Part shown: piece by piece, positions 20,295 to 29,406 of the stretch
Layout: each line of letters starts with the position of its first letter
Numbering within the stretch: position 1 is the first letter of the stretch
Assembly (NCBI GenBank): GCA_964565515.1
Contig: CAZMFA010000003.1
Span: 1 to 53,630, forward strand
Direction of reading: 5' to 3'
Length of the DNA: 53,630 nucleotides
Source of the DNA: an uncultured Candidatus Saccharibacteria bacterium
Lineage (GTDB): Bacteria; Patescibacteriota; Minisyncoccia; UBA6257; GWB1-50-10
Made by a program: the position numbers and the translations under genes
Notes under the pieces: generated by a model
Seen by the model: only the letters and a program-made list of their open reading frames with translations
Database searches by the model: none
What the model was told of the DNA's origin: nothing

Positions 20295-20718
20295 TCTTCC
20301 CTTCCTCCATTTCCTTGTAAACAGTTCCGAGGACGCCGTTGATGAACCGGGGTGAATTTTGCCCGCTGTAGTTTTTGGCTATCTCGATTGCTTCGTTGAT
20401 GGCAACCTTCGGCGGCACCTCGTTCTTGTCCGCATAAATGAGCTCATAGAGCCCGATGCGGAGAATATTCCGGTCGACGATGGCGATTTGTTCAAGCGGC
20501 CATTCACTCGCATAGGTTCGAATGAACTCGTCGATTTGAGGGAGATGCTCAATGATTCCTTTCATGAGCCGCCACGCAAACTCCGGTTCGTCGATGCCGG
20601 GGCCGAATTCGCTCAAATTCCGGTCGAGGATCTCGGCAAGATCCGTTTTTTTGCCGTAAAAATCCCACTCATAGAGTGATTGAAGGACAATCGTGCGGGC
20701 TAAATGGCGCGTCGCCAT
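20284..20718 (-). CDS. nusB: Transcription antitermination factor NusB
   Basis: [36 protein letters not shown]. Confidence 0.97.
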   Translation of the reverse strand: MATRHLARTIVLQSLYEWDFYGKKTDLAEILDRNLSEFGPGIDEPEFAWRLMKGIIEHLPQIDEFIRTYASEWPLEQIAIVDRNILRIGLYELIYADKNEVPPKVAINEAIEIAKNYSGQNSPRFINGVLGTVYKEMEEGKIKP

Positions 20719-20722
20719 GCTC

Positions 20723-20926
20723 TTATTGTTGCGTTGCGTTCGAGGTTTGTAGTTTGGATTTCGCCACTACCTTCACGTAGGTTCCACACTGCGGACAAAT
20801 CCTGTGCGGTAATGCCGGCCCCCCGCACTCGGGGCAGGGGATGACGTTCACCTTTTTCATGCCAAGCTGTGAACGCCGTCTGCCGACCTTCGATTTCGAA
20901 TGATGTTTAGTAGGTACGCCACCCAT
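20723..20926 (-). CDS. rpmF: 50S ribosomal protein L32
   Basis: [26 protein letters not shown]; start at ATG 20926. Confidence 0.93.
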   Translation of the reverse strand: MGGVPTKHHSKSKVGRRRSQLGMKKVNVIPCPECGGPALPHRICPQCGTYVKVVAKSKLQTSNATQQ

Positions 20927-20973
20927 AGTTTTATTTGATTTTATTTTAGTATAAGGAGTGCCCGAAGTCAAAC

Positions 20974-21107
20974 AAATCCTAAATCCTAAGCACTAAATCC
21001 TAAACAATGCCAAAATCCAAAATTACAATGACCGAAACACTGGTTTGGAATTTTGAATTTGGAGCCTTGGGGTTTATTTAGGATTTAGGATTTTGAGATT
21101 GGGATTT
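20974..21107. repeat. 134-nt heptamer hairpin repeat, family A copy 2 (supplies miaA C-terminus and stop)
   Basis: Collinear with 1590-1723 (TAAGCACTAAATCCTAAACAAT...TTTATTTAGGATTTAGGATTTT). Confidence 0.85.
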
Positions 21108-22004
21108 CTTTGCGAGGGGTTGCCGAACTATGGGTAAAACCTCATTGGGGCCGTGTACCCAGATAATGCGTTTATCCCTGCGGAACCAGGTCATTTGCCG
21201 TTTCGCGTATTTCAGGGTCATCCTTGTTATCGCATCGACGAGTTCCTGCTTCGATTTAATCTTCCCTTCCAGGTAGCGGAGGGCGTCTTGGTATTCGAAT
21301 CCCAATTCTCTTACTCTTTCTTTCGCCACGCCGTTTTTAAGGAGTTCTTCGGTTTCATCGATGAAACCGCGCCGGATCATTGCTTTTGCTCTTTTTTTGA
21401 CGGACACCTCGAATGTCTTTTTATCCGGATCGATCCCGACGATAAGTACCTTGGCTTGGATCGGGTTTAGCTTCAGGGCGGGCACTTTGCCGAGAATCGC
21501 TGCGATCTCAATCGCGCGGATAAGGCGCCTCCGATTTCTCCGATCGACGGTTTCCCAGCGCTTCTTGTCTTTGCGGTACAGGATGTCGGCGAGCTCCCCG
21601 GTCGATCTCATTTCGAGTTCTTTCCGCAGGGCTTTGTTCGGCGGCACTTCGGGCATTACGATGCCGTCGACGATGGATTGGATGTAAAAACCGGTCCCGC
21701 CGACGAGGATTGGAAGCTTCCGTCGTCTCCAAATATCGCCTATCTTTTTTCTTGCTTTCTTTTGGTATTCGGCAGCCGTGAACATCTTTTTCGGATCCGC
21801 GAAATTGATGAGATGGTGGGGGACCATTTTCAATTCCGTTGTTGTCGGGTAATTTGAACCGATTGCGAGGCCGCGGTAAATTTGCCGGGAATCTGCGGAA
21901 ACGACTTCGCCGCCCAGTTTTTTCGCCAAGGCGACCGCAAGGGCGCTCTTGCCTGATGCGGTCGGCCCCGCGATGACCAGCAGTTTTTTCTCGTCTTGAC
22001 CCAT
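21078..22004 (-). CDS. miaA: tRNA dimethylallyltransferase
   Basis: GPTASGKS, SADSRQIYRG, VPHHL, VGGTGFY, YAKRQMTWF. Confidence 0.97.
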   Translation of the reverse strand: MGQDEKKLLVIAGPTASGKSALAVALAKKLGGEVVSADSRQIYRGLAIGSNYPTTTELKMVPHHLINFADPKKMFTAAEYQKKARKKIGDIWRRRKLPILVGGTGFYIQSIVDGIVMPEVPPNKALRKELEMRSTGELADILYRKDKKRWETVDRRNRRRLIRAIEIAAILGKVPALKLNPIQAKVLIVGIDPDKKTFEVSVKKRAKAMIRRGFIDETEELLKNGVAKERVRELGFEYQDALRYLEGKIKSKQELVDAITRMTLKYAKRQMTWFRRDKRIIWVHGPNEVLPIVRQPLAKKSQSQNPKS

Positions 22005-22062
22005 GGTAAATACGATTGTATATTATTTTTAAACAAGCTGCACACTAAAAACTGGAGGTATC

Positions 22063-22230
22063 GTGAAAAGGATACTGCTTGTCATCGGCCTCATTCTTGC
22101 GCCGACCCTTGTCCTTGCTACCATTGTGAGCTGGAATGTGGCAAGGGAAGTCACCTCGGAGTCGGACGATGAGTTTGGGAAAAATCTTGTTGGTTCTTCC
22201 GAAATGCCGGCTCCGCGGCGGGTCGATTGA
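22063..22230 (+). CDS. Small (55 aa) signal-peptide/TM protein, below the ORF-track cutoff
   Basis: GGAGG at 22054-22058; GTG start; MKRILLVIGLILAPTLVLATIVSW...RRVD*. Confidence 0.55.
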   Translation: MKRILLVIGLILAPTLVLATIVSWNVAREVTSESDDEFGKNLVGSSEMPAPRRVD

Positions 22231-22296
22231 GGAAAGAGTTTTCAAAAAAAACGAGGTGGTGCATACGCGTACCACCTCGAATATTTTTCCTTTTGT

Positions 22297-24078
22297 CTAT
22301 TTCTTTTCGTCGTTTTCTTTCTTTATTCTTTCTATGAATTGTTCGATGGGAATGGTCGAGGTTTCTTTTTTGTGCCTTTCGCGGACGTTGACCGACTTGG
22401 CCCCGATCTCTTTGTCACCGACGATGAGAAGATAGGGAATCTTTTCTAGTTCTCCCTGCCGGATATTCTTGCCGAGGGTTTCGCCGGTCGAAGCAATGTC
22501 GGCTCTCAAGCCGCGTTCTTTCAATTTCTTTTGCACATTTTCCGCGTAGGTTCGATGCTTGTCAGAGATCGGGATCACGCGTGCTTGGACGGGCGAAAGC
22601 CAAACTGGGAAATCGCCGGCCAGGTGTTCGATGATAACTGACAGAAACCGCTCGATGGAGCCCATAACGGCCGCGTGGATCATGACAATCCGTTCCGGCT
22701 TACCCCCCTCATTTATGCAGGTAAGGTTAAAGCGCTCGGGCATATTGACGTCGAGCTGGATGGTCGCTACTTGCCAATCGCGGCCCAAGGAATCTTTCGC
22801 CATGAAGTCGAGCTTCGGACCGTAGAAAGCCGCTTCGCCGATGCCGTCGAAGGTATCGGCATTTTTCGATTTCGCTATTTCGTAGAGCATGTCTTCGGCG
22901 AATTTCCACTTCTTTTTGTCGCCGAGGTATTTTTCCGGATGCTTGGGGTCGTGCGTCGAGATCCGGATTTTGAGCTTGAAGCCGAACGAGCCGTAGAATA
23001 TTTGAATGATATCCCAAATTTTCAGGAATTCCTCCTTGGTCTGTGAAAGTCGGCAGAAGACGTGGGCGTCATCCTGCGTGATGGCCCGGACGCGCGAAAG
23101 GCCGGCAAGTTCGCCGGTTTGTTCGTCGCGGTACACTTTCGTCGTATTCGCGTAGCATTGCGGCAGATCGCGGTAGCTCCAAGGCTTTCGGGCGTAGATT
23201 TGTGTATGGTGGGGACAGTTCATCGGTTTCATGGCGAAAAGATGCCCTTCCCGGGTTTGGATTTTGAAAAGATCGTCCTTGAATTTTTCCCAGTGACCGC
23301 TTCGTTCGTAGAGATCCTTTTTCGTGATGTGGGGAATATCCACCTGTTCATAGCCTACTTTCTTGCGAAGCTCCCAAACGAAGTTATCGAGGAGGTTTCG
23401 GACAAGCGTGCCTCGCGGTGTCCAAAGCGGAAGCCCCGCGCCTACGAGGTCCGAGAAGGTGAAAAGATCGAGCTCGACGCCGAGTTTCTTGTGGTCGCGC
23501 CGCTTGGCTTCCTCCTGCATAACGAAATATTCATCAAGTTCCTTTTTCGTCGTGAAGGCGGCGCCGTAAATGCGTTGGAGTTGGGGATTTTTTTCATCGC
23601 CGCGCCAGTAAGCGCCGGCGATCGATGTCAATTTGAAGCTGTCGGTGTTGATTTCCGAAGTATTTTTCACGTGGCCCCCGCGGCAGAGATCAACGAAGTA
23701 GTTAGTATTTGGTATCTGGTATGTAGCATTCTTCACCTTACCTGTTACATATATCGTCAGAGGCTTTTTTTCTTTCTGGAATTCTTTGATGAGGTCCAGT
23801 TTAAAGGGCTGATCCTTGAATAATTTCTTCGCCGCCGCCGGAGTGATTTTCTTACCGGAAAAGGGGAGTTTTTCCATGACGAGCGCGCGCATCGTGTGCT
23901 CGAATTCCTTCAAGTCGGCCTCCGTCAGGGGGCGGGGGAGCTTGAAGTCGTAGTAGAAGCCGCTTTCAATGACGGGTCCGATGCCGAGTTTCGCCTTCGG
24001 GAATTTCTTTAAGACCGCCGCTGCCAGTAAGTGCGCCAATGAGTGCCGTACTTCCTCTATTTTCTCGAGTTTTGCCAT
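22297..24078 (-). CDS. thrS: Threonyl-tRNA synthetase (no N-terminal TGS domain)
   Basis: RHSLAH, DLCRGGH, AYWRGD, RDHKKLG, KPMNCPHH, AAFYGPK, GSIERF. Confidence 0.99.
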   Translation of the reverse strand: MAKLEKIEEVRHSLAHLLAAAVLKKFPKAKLGIGPVIESGFYYDFKLPRPLTEADLKEFEHTMRALVMEKLPFSGKKITPAAAKKLFKDQPFKLDLIKEFQKEKKPLTIYVTGKVKNATYQIPNTNYFVDLCRGGHVKNTSEINTDSFKLTSIAGAYWRGDEKNPQLQRIYGAAFTTKKELDEYFVMQEEAKRRDHKKLGVELDLFTFSDLVGAGLPLWTPRGTLVRNLLDNFVWELRKKVGYEQVDIPHITKKDLYERSGHWEKFKDDLFKIQTREGHLFAMKPMNCPHHTQIYARKPWSYRDLPQCYANTTKVYRDEQTGELAGLSRVRAITQDDAHVFCRLSQTKEEFLKIWDIIQIFYGSFGFKLKIRISTHDPKHPEKYLGDKKKWKFAEDMLYEIAKSKNADTFDGIGEAAFYGPKLDFMAKDSLGRDWQVATIQLDVNMPERFNLTCINEGGKPERIVMIHAAVMGSIERFLSVIIEHLAGDFPVWLSPVQARVIPISDKHRTYAENVQKKLKERGLRADIASTGETLGKNIRQGELEKIPYLLIVGDKEIGAKSVNVRERHKKETSTIPIEQFIERIKKENDEKK

Positions 24079-24095
24079 ATGGGGGTATTATAGGG

Positions 24096-24136
24096 AAAAG
24101 AAATCAACCCCGCAACGACGATGTCGTGCGGGGTTG
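24096..24136 (-). terminator. Intrinsic terminator after the orphan gene
   Basis: CAACCCCGCA/TGCGGGGTTG stem with a T-rich tail on the minus strand. Confidence 0.7.
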
Positions 24137-24153
24137 GGTAGGTCACTTCGGGC

Positions 24154-24594
24154 TTACATATACTGTTGTATGCCCTGGAGTTTGGCTGCTCTCGCGCGCT
24201 GCATTTGAGCATCGCGCTTCATCAACTCCGCCCTCACTTTGCCGCTTCGGCGCGCATCTTGAGCTTGCTGCTCGAGATTGCGGGCCAGTTCCTCGCTGTT
24301 TTCCACCACGCTTTTGGCAGAGTTTTCGTTCGACTCCGCCGATGCCAGCGCTTCCTGCTCAGCCTTTTTGGCTTCCGTAGGAGCGGAAAAAATCATTCTG
24401 CCCCGTGATGCCGCCGTGAGTTGCTTGGTGGTCTGAACAATGATAGATCCAGCACCGTCGGCTTTGCCGTTCAGGCTGTCGAACATGCGTTCGAACGTCT
24501 GAAGATTAACGGCAATGGGAAGAGGCTGGTTGATCTTCTTTCCCGCGTAGTAACCGATGGTGAGTGCGATGATGACAAATAATACTACCAACAT
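24154..24594 (-). CDS. Orphan membrane-anchored coiled-coil protein
   Basis: N-terminal TM; Ala/Glu/Gln-rich helical C-terminal half; SD AAAGGA upstream. Confidence 0.7.
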   Translation of the reverse strand: MLVVLFVIIALTIGYYAGKKINQPLPIAVNLQTFERMFDSLNGKADGAGSIIVQTTKQLTAASRGRMIFSAPTEAKKAEQEALASAESNENSAKSVVENSEELARNLEQQAQDARRSGKVRAELMKRDAQMQRARAAKLQGIQQYM

Positions 24595-24692
24595 GGCGTA
24601 TTCCTTTCTATTATGTGAAAAAATATGACAAAGAACTAATCCCCCCTTGATTTACGGATGAAAAAGAAAATACCCGGCAATCAATTGTGCCT

Positions 24693-24721
24693 ATTCTATC
24701 ACGTTTGCCATTTCTTGTCAA
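24693..24721 (-). promoter_or_regulatory. Sigma70 promoter for the orphan gene
   Basis: Minus strand TTGACA-N17-TAGAAT with extended TG. Confidence 0.7.
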
Positions 24722-24763
24722 CTAATCTTTTCAAGCAATAAAAGAAACTCCTCGCGAGGATTC

Positions 24764-27700
24764 TTAGAGTTCCTTCACGCGGTCGCAAATGAACTTGGTG
24801 TCACCGTTCTTCCACGAGACACACCCCTCTACCATCACTACTTTGTTTTCTTGCCACGCGTCCGGATTGTTTTTGAGGGTGCTCTGGAAAACCAAAAGCT
24901 CGATCGAGTCGGACATGTCTTCCAGCGTGACGAACATCATCGGCTGGCCGCTCTTCGTTACGATCTTTTGCGTTTTCGTGATGACGCCGCCCATGATGAT
25001 TTTACGGGATCGTTCGCCGCTCTTGGGGAGTGACAAAGCGTACCGCACGGGTTTGATGAGTTCGCTCGAGTTGAGCTTTGCCACGTGGCCGTTCATCGGA
25101 TGGTCGGTGAGGTAAAGGCCGAGAAGCTCCTTTTCCCACGAAAGCATCGATTTTTTGTCGGCCGGTTTTGCCGGCTTCAATTTGATCTTATTGAACTGTT
25201 TTTCGCCCGAAAAAAGGAGCGTTTGGTTGCTTGAAGCACTTTTTTTGGCGGCTTGATTGAACTGGACGAGGTCATCGAGACCTTCCAAGAGCTGGCCGCG
25301 GTCCAAGCTGAATGAATCGAAGGCCCCGACCTTCACGAGGCTTTCCATCGATTTTTTATTGAGATCCCGATCTTGCACCCTCGAGAGGAAATCGCTCAAG
25401 TCTTCGTAGGGACCTCGGAGCGAACGTTCCTCGATGATTTTTTCCACGATATGGGCGCCGACGTTCTTCACGGCTGAAAGGCCGAAGCGGATGTTTTCGC
25501 CGTCGACCGTGAATTTTTCGAAACTCAAATTGATATCCGGCGGCAGCACTTTGATGCCGAGGCGCTTCGTTTCGTTGATGAGGAAGCTGATCCGCTCGAC
25601 GTCGGTTCCGGAAATATTGAGTAAGCTTGCCGCAAATTCGATGGGGTAGTGAGCCTTGAGGTAGGCCGTTTCGTAGCTGATCGTGGCATAGCATGCCGCA
25701 TGCGATCGGTTGAAGCCGTAGCGCGCGAAAGGAGGAAAAAGCTCCCAAATCTCGTTTGCGGTTTTTCCGTCAATGCCATTCTTGATCATTCCCTTTACGA
25801 GCTTTTCTTGTTGCTCGTCGAGGAGGTCCTTGATTTTCTTGCCGATGGCTTTGCGGAGCGTATCGGCTTCGGCAAGCGTAAATCCCGCAAGATCGCGCGC
25901 AATACGCATCATTTGTTCCTGATAAACGCCGACGCCGTAGGTACTCTTCAGGATCGGTTCGAGCTTCGGGTGTAAATACTCAACCTTTTCGCGGCCGTGC
26001 TTGCGTTTGATGTAGGTCGGGATTAGTTCCATCGGCCCCGGCCGGTAGAGGGCGTTCATAGCAATGATATCCTCGAGTTCCGTCGGTTTCAGTTCTTTGA
26101 GATACCTTCGCATACCGGATGATTCGAGTTGAAAGACACCGGTCGTTTCGCCGGCTTGGAGAAGTTTGAAGGTCTTTTGATCATCGAGTGGAAGATGTTC
26201 AATGTCGATATCGACGCCTTTGGTTTCCCTGATGACGCGGAGCGTTTCTTCGATGATACTCAAGTTGCGGAGCCCCAAGAAGTCCATTTTCAAAAGCCCG
26301 AGGTCTTCGACGGCATGACCTTCGAATTGGGTCAAGATTGTATTGTCGCTTTGGGGAGCATGCTGGAGCGGCATGAAGTTCACCAAGGGTTCCGGCGCGA
26401 TCACGACGCCGCAGGCGTGGACCGACGCATGCCGCGCCGTCCCCTCGAGTTTGATGGCGGAATCGAGGATCCGTTTCGCATCGGGGTTTGTGTCGTAGAT
26501 CTTTTTGATGTCGGGGATGGTCTCGAGGGATTGTTTAAGGTCGAGATTGAAGGGAATGAGCTTCGCAATTTGGTCGCCGAGGGAATAGGGAAAGCCCAAG
26601 GCACGCGTGACGTCTCTCACGGCGGCTTTCGCCATCATCATTCCGAACGTGATGATTTGAGCGACGCGGTCTTCCCCGTACTTTTCTTTGACGTAAGCCA
26701 GAACTTCGTCCCTCCGAAGGTCGGTGAAATCGACGTCGATGTCGGGTGCTTGAATGCGGTCGGGGTTCAGAAACCGTTCGAAGAGAAGTTCGTACCGTAA
26801 GGGGTCGAGTGCGGTGATGCCGAGAATGTAGGAAACGATGCTTCCGGCAACGCTGCCGCGGCCCGGCCCCACGATGATGCCGTGATCCTTTGCCCAGTTG
26901 ACGTAATCTTGGACGATCAAAAAATAATCGGCGAATCCCGTTTTTTCGATGACGCCGAGTTCCATTTCGACCCGCTGCCGCACTTCGTCGGTTATTTCGG
27001 GGTAGTATCTGCCGATCCGCTCGTCGACGAGTTTTCGGAGGTATGCTATCGATATTTTTCCTTCGGGGAGGGGAAACTTCGGCAAGTGAATCTTGCCGAG
27101 CGTGAATTCCCACGAGCATTCGTTTGCGATCTTCACGGTGTTCTCGATCGCTTCGGGGACGTCTTTGAAAAATTCGGCCATTTCATCGCCGCTCCGGAAA
27201 TGGAGATCGTAGTTTTTCAAGGACATTCGCTCGTCCTCGGTCACGCGGTTCTGGGTTTGGATGGCGAGGAGGATTTCGTGTTCGGTCTTGTCGCTCAAGT
27301 CGAGATAGTGGCTGTCCTGCGTTGCAACGACCCCGATGCCGAGTTTCTTCGCGAGCGCAGCCGCTTTTTGATTTAACTCGGGCGTATGGGGCTGCAGTTC
27401 GATATAAAAATCTTTTCCGAAAATTTTTCGGTACCACTCGGCCGCCTCTTCCGCTTCTTTCGTTTTATTTGCCGTGAGAAGCCGGGAGATCTCGCCGGAA
27501 GAGCATCCCGAGATGCAAATAATTCCCTCGTGCCATTGTTCTAAAATTTCCTTGTCGATGCGCGGCTTGTAGTAGAACCCCTCGAGGTGAGACGATGTGA
27601 CGAGCTTCACAAGATTCTTCCATCCCATTTCGTTCTTTGCGAGGAGAATGACATGATACCGGAGTTCGTCCATTTTCGGTCGGCGGTTAAGGCGGCCGAA

Positions 27701-27916
27701 CGGTGCAAGGTACGCTTCGACGCCATTGATTGCCTTGATGCCGGCCTTCTTTGCTTTCTTATAAAATTCCACGGCGCCGTAGAGATTGCCGTGGTCCGTG
27801 ATCGCTACGGCGTCCATGCCGTAGCTTTTTGCTTTCTCCACGATGCCGTCGATTTTCGAAAGGCCGTCCAAGAGCGAGAAGTGCGAGTGCGTGTGGAGGT
27901 GGACAAATTTGGTCAT
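24764..27916 (-). CDS. dnaE: DNA polymerase III subunit alpha
   Basis: PHP HLHTHSHFSLLDG, TDHG; GPGRGSVAGS; PDIDVDF; KMDFLGL; YGFNRSHA; OB fold; start at ATG 27916. Confidence 0.99.
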   Translation of the reverse strand: MTKFVHLHTHSHFSLLDGLSKIDGIVEKAKSYGMDAVAITDHGNLYGAVEFYKKAKKAGIKAINGVEAYLAPFGRLNRRPKMDELRYHVILLAKNEMGWKNLVKLVTSSHLEGFYYKPRIDKEILEQWHEGIICISGCSSGEISRLLTANKTKEAEEAAEWYRKIFGKDFYIELQPHTPELNQKAAALAKKLGIGVVATQDSHYLDLSDKTEHEILLAIQTQNRVTEDERMSLKNYDLHFRSGDEMAEFFKDVPEAIENTVKIANECSWEFTLGKIHLPKFPLPEGKISIAYLRKLVDERIGRYYPEITDEVRQRVEMELGVIEKTGFADYFLIVQDYVNWAKDHGIIVGPGRGSVAGSIVSYILGITALDPLRYELLFERFLNPDRIQAPDIDVDFTDLRRDEVLAYVKEKYGEDRVAQIITFGMMMAKAAVRDVTRALGFPYSLGDQIAKLIPFNLDLKQSLETIPDIKKIYDTNPDAKRILDSAIKLEGTARHASVHACGVVIAPEPLVNFMPLQHAPQSDNTILTQFEGHAVEDLGLLKMDFLGLRNLSIIEETLRVIRETKGVDIDIEHLPLDDQKTFKLLQAGETTGVFQLESSGMRRYLKELKPTELEDIIAMNALYRPGPMELIPTYIKRKHGREKVEYLHPKLEPILKSTYGVGVYQEQMMRIARDLAGFTLAEADTLRKAIGKKIKDLLDEQQEKLVKGMIKNGIDGKTANEIWELFPPFARYGFNRSHAACYATISYETAYLKAHYPIEFAASLLNISGTDVERISFLINETKRLGIKVLPPDINLSFEKFTVDGENIRFGLSAVKNVGAHIVEKIIEERSLRGPYEDLSDFLSRVQDRDLNKKSMESLVKVGAFDSFSLDRGQLLEGLDDLVQFNQAAKKSASSNQTLLFSGEKQFNKIKLKPAKPADKKSMLSWEKELLGLYLTDHPMNGHVAKLNSSELIKPVRYALSLPKSGERSRKIIMGGVITKTQKIVTKSGQPMMFVTLEDMSDSIELLVFQSTLKNNPDAWQENKVVMVEGCVSWKNGDTKFICDRVKEL

Positions 27917-28071
27917 AATGATTTTGGGATGGGTGCCGTCCTGCCGTTGCCGTTCTGCCGGACGGAGGAGTGCGTCTATCCCGGAATACCCCTTCATTAT
28001 AAAAAGTTCTTCCCGAAAGACAATTGCCCGATCAGCTGATTTGTTTCATAGTTGGTAAAGTTTGCGTTATG

Positions 28072-28668
28072 ATGGGTAATAATCCCGTGAATAAGTACAT
28101 TATTGGCATTGATGAAGTCGGGCGGGGGCCTTTGGCGGGGCCCGTCACCGTCTGCGCTGCGGCTATTCCGCGGGGTATGAAGTTTACTCCGCTTGAAAAC
28201 GGCGTCCGCCTCGACGATTCGAAGAAGCTGGCGGCAAAGTCGCGCGAAGCGTGGGCAAAGAAACTGAAAAAAGCCGGCATTGCTTTTGCGATAGCGAGTG
28301 TTTCGCCTGCGACGATCGACCGCGTGAATATTTCACGTGCGGCAAATCTTGCGGTCCGGCGTTCCTTGAAGAAGCTCGTGGAGGCAAAGGGGATACCGAT
28401 CGAACGTTCGGTCATTTTTTTAGACGGCGGCCTTTTTGTTTCCGGCGGGCGAACGATGATCCGAGCCGATCAAAAAATCAATGCGGTCCGTGCGGCGTCC
28501 GTCTTGGCGAAAGTGCACCGCGATCGGTATATGAAAAAACTTTCCGTACGGTATCCGGCGTACGGATTTGAAAGTCATGTCGGCTACGGGACGCGCGCGC
28601 ACCTTGCGGCGATCAAGAAGCACGGTTTGAGTCCCGTGCACCGGAAAACGTTCTGCAAGTTTGCGTAA
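28072..28668 (+). CDS. rnhB: Ribonuclease HII
   Basis: GIDEVGRGPLAGPV, DSKKL, AASVLAKV, GYGT, HRKTF; start approximate. Confidence 0.96.
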   Translation: MGNNPVNKYIIGIDEVGRGPLAGPVTVCAAAIPRGMKFTPLENGVRLDDSKKLAAKSREAWAKKLKKAGIAFAIASVSPATIDRVNISRAANLAVRRSLKKLVEAKGIPIERSVIFLDGGLFVSGGRTMIRADQKINAVRAASVLAKVHRDRYMKKLSVRYPAYGFESHVGYGTRAHLAAIKKHGLSPVHRKTFCKFA

Positions 28669-28671
28669 TGC

Positions 28672-28867
28672 GGATTCCATTTCTTTTCCTCATCGGCGAG
28701 TTTTTCTTTCGAATAAATCCTCCTCACTCCTCGTCGGAATCAAGCCGCACAATATCGAACTCAACCTAAAGGGATTCAAACAGCGATATCGTGCTTATTC
28801 CCTCCTCGTCATTCGGGGATTTATACATCTCAAGAAAAAAGCCCTCTTCGGAAAAGAAATGGAATCC
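28672..28867. ncRNA. Candidate rod-shaped structured RNA (6S RNA-like) or MITE
   Basis: Perfect 18-bp terminal IR, nested inner stems and a central bubble; 196 nt. Confidence 0.45.
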
Positions 28868-28994
28868 TTGTAGTTTTTATTGGGGGTGGTGCCACGAGAA
28901 GTTTTTGGGAGAGAAAGAGACGCTTGATTGAGATGGAAATTCTGTTTATTTTTAACTCTTTTCTTTCTGGGGATTTCCATGGTATTATAAACCC

Positions 28995-29324
28995 GGCAAG
29001 CCAGGCGACAGCTCCAATTGAAAGATTGGGGAGGAAAGTCGGGACACCCACCTAAGAAAGGCAAACGCAGCGGCTAACAGCCGTCGTCCGAAAGGATAGA
29101 GGTGCGAGCAGTGACGTCCTGAGGCGAAAGCCGCAGGAGGACCCAATCCCAAGCTAGTCGGTCCAACTCCGCGATAGGGACAGCAAAGCGGAGGTGAAAC
29201 GGCCAAATCCTTGCGGGGTGCAAGGCCGTGCCTCGGAGCAATCCGGGGAGCGCCGCCAGAGCCCGAGAGTAATCGAAGGCCCAGACAGATTGTCGCATAA
29301 ACAGAATCCCGCTTACGGCTTGCC
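28995..29324 (+). ncRNA. rnpB: RNase P RNA
   Basis: P1 GGCAAGCC/GGCTTGCC; GAGGAAAGTCGGG and ACAGAATCCCGCTTA (P4); GGTGAAACGG..GTGCAAG; extended -10 upstream. Confidence 0.95.
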
Positions 29325-29330
29325 TTTTTC

Positions 29331-29406
29331 GCCAATGTAGCTCAGCTGGTAGAGCAACGCTTTCGTAAAGCGTGGGTCGTCGGTTCAAATCCGACCATTG
29401 GCTCCA
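29331..29406 (+). tRNA. tRNA-Thr(CGT)
   Basis: GCCAATG/CATTGGC; D arm GCTC..GAGC; anticodon arm ACGCT-TTCGTAA-AGCGT; GGTTCAAATCC; encoded CCA. Confidence 0.97.

Noticed and set aside
22045-22435. ORF-track entries 22045-22275(-) and 22136-22435(+)
   Set aside because: No motifs or RBS; the 55-aa plus-strand ORF with an SD is better supported
28795-29388. Short minus-strand ORFs over the hairpin, rnpB and tRNA-Thr
   Set aside because: They overlap structured RNA sequences and show no protein features
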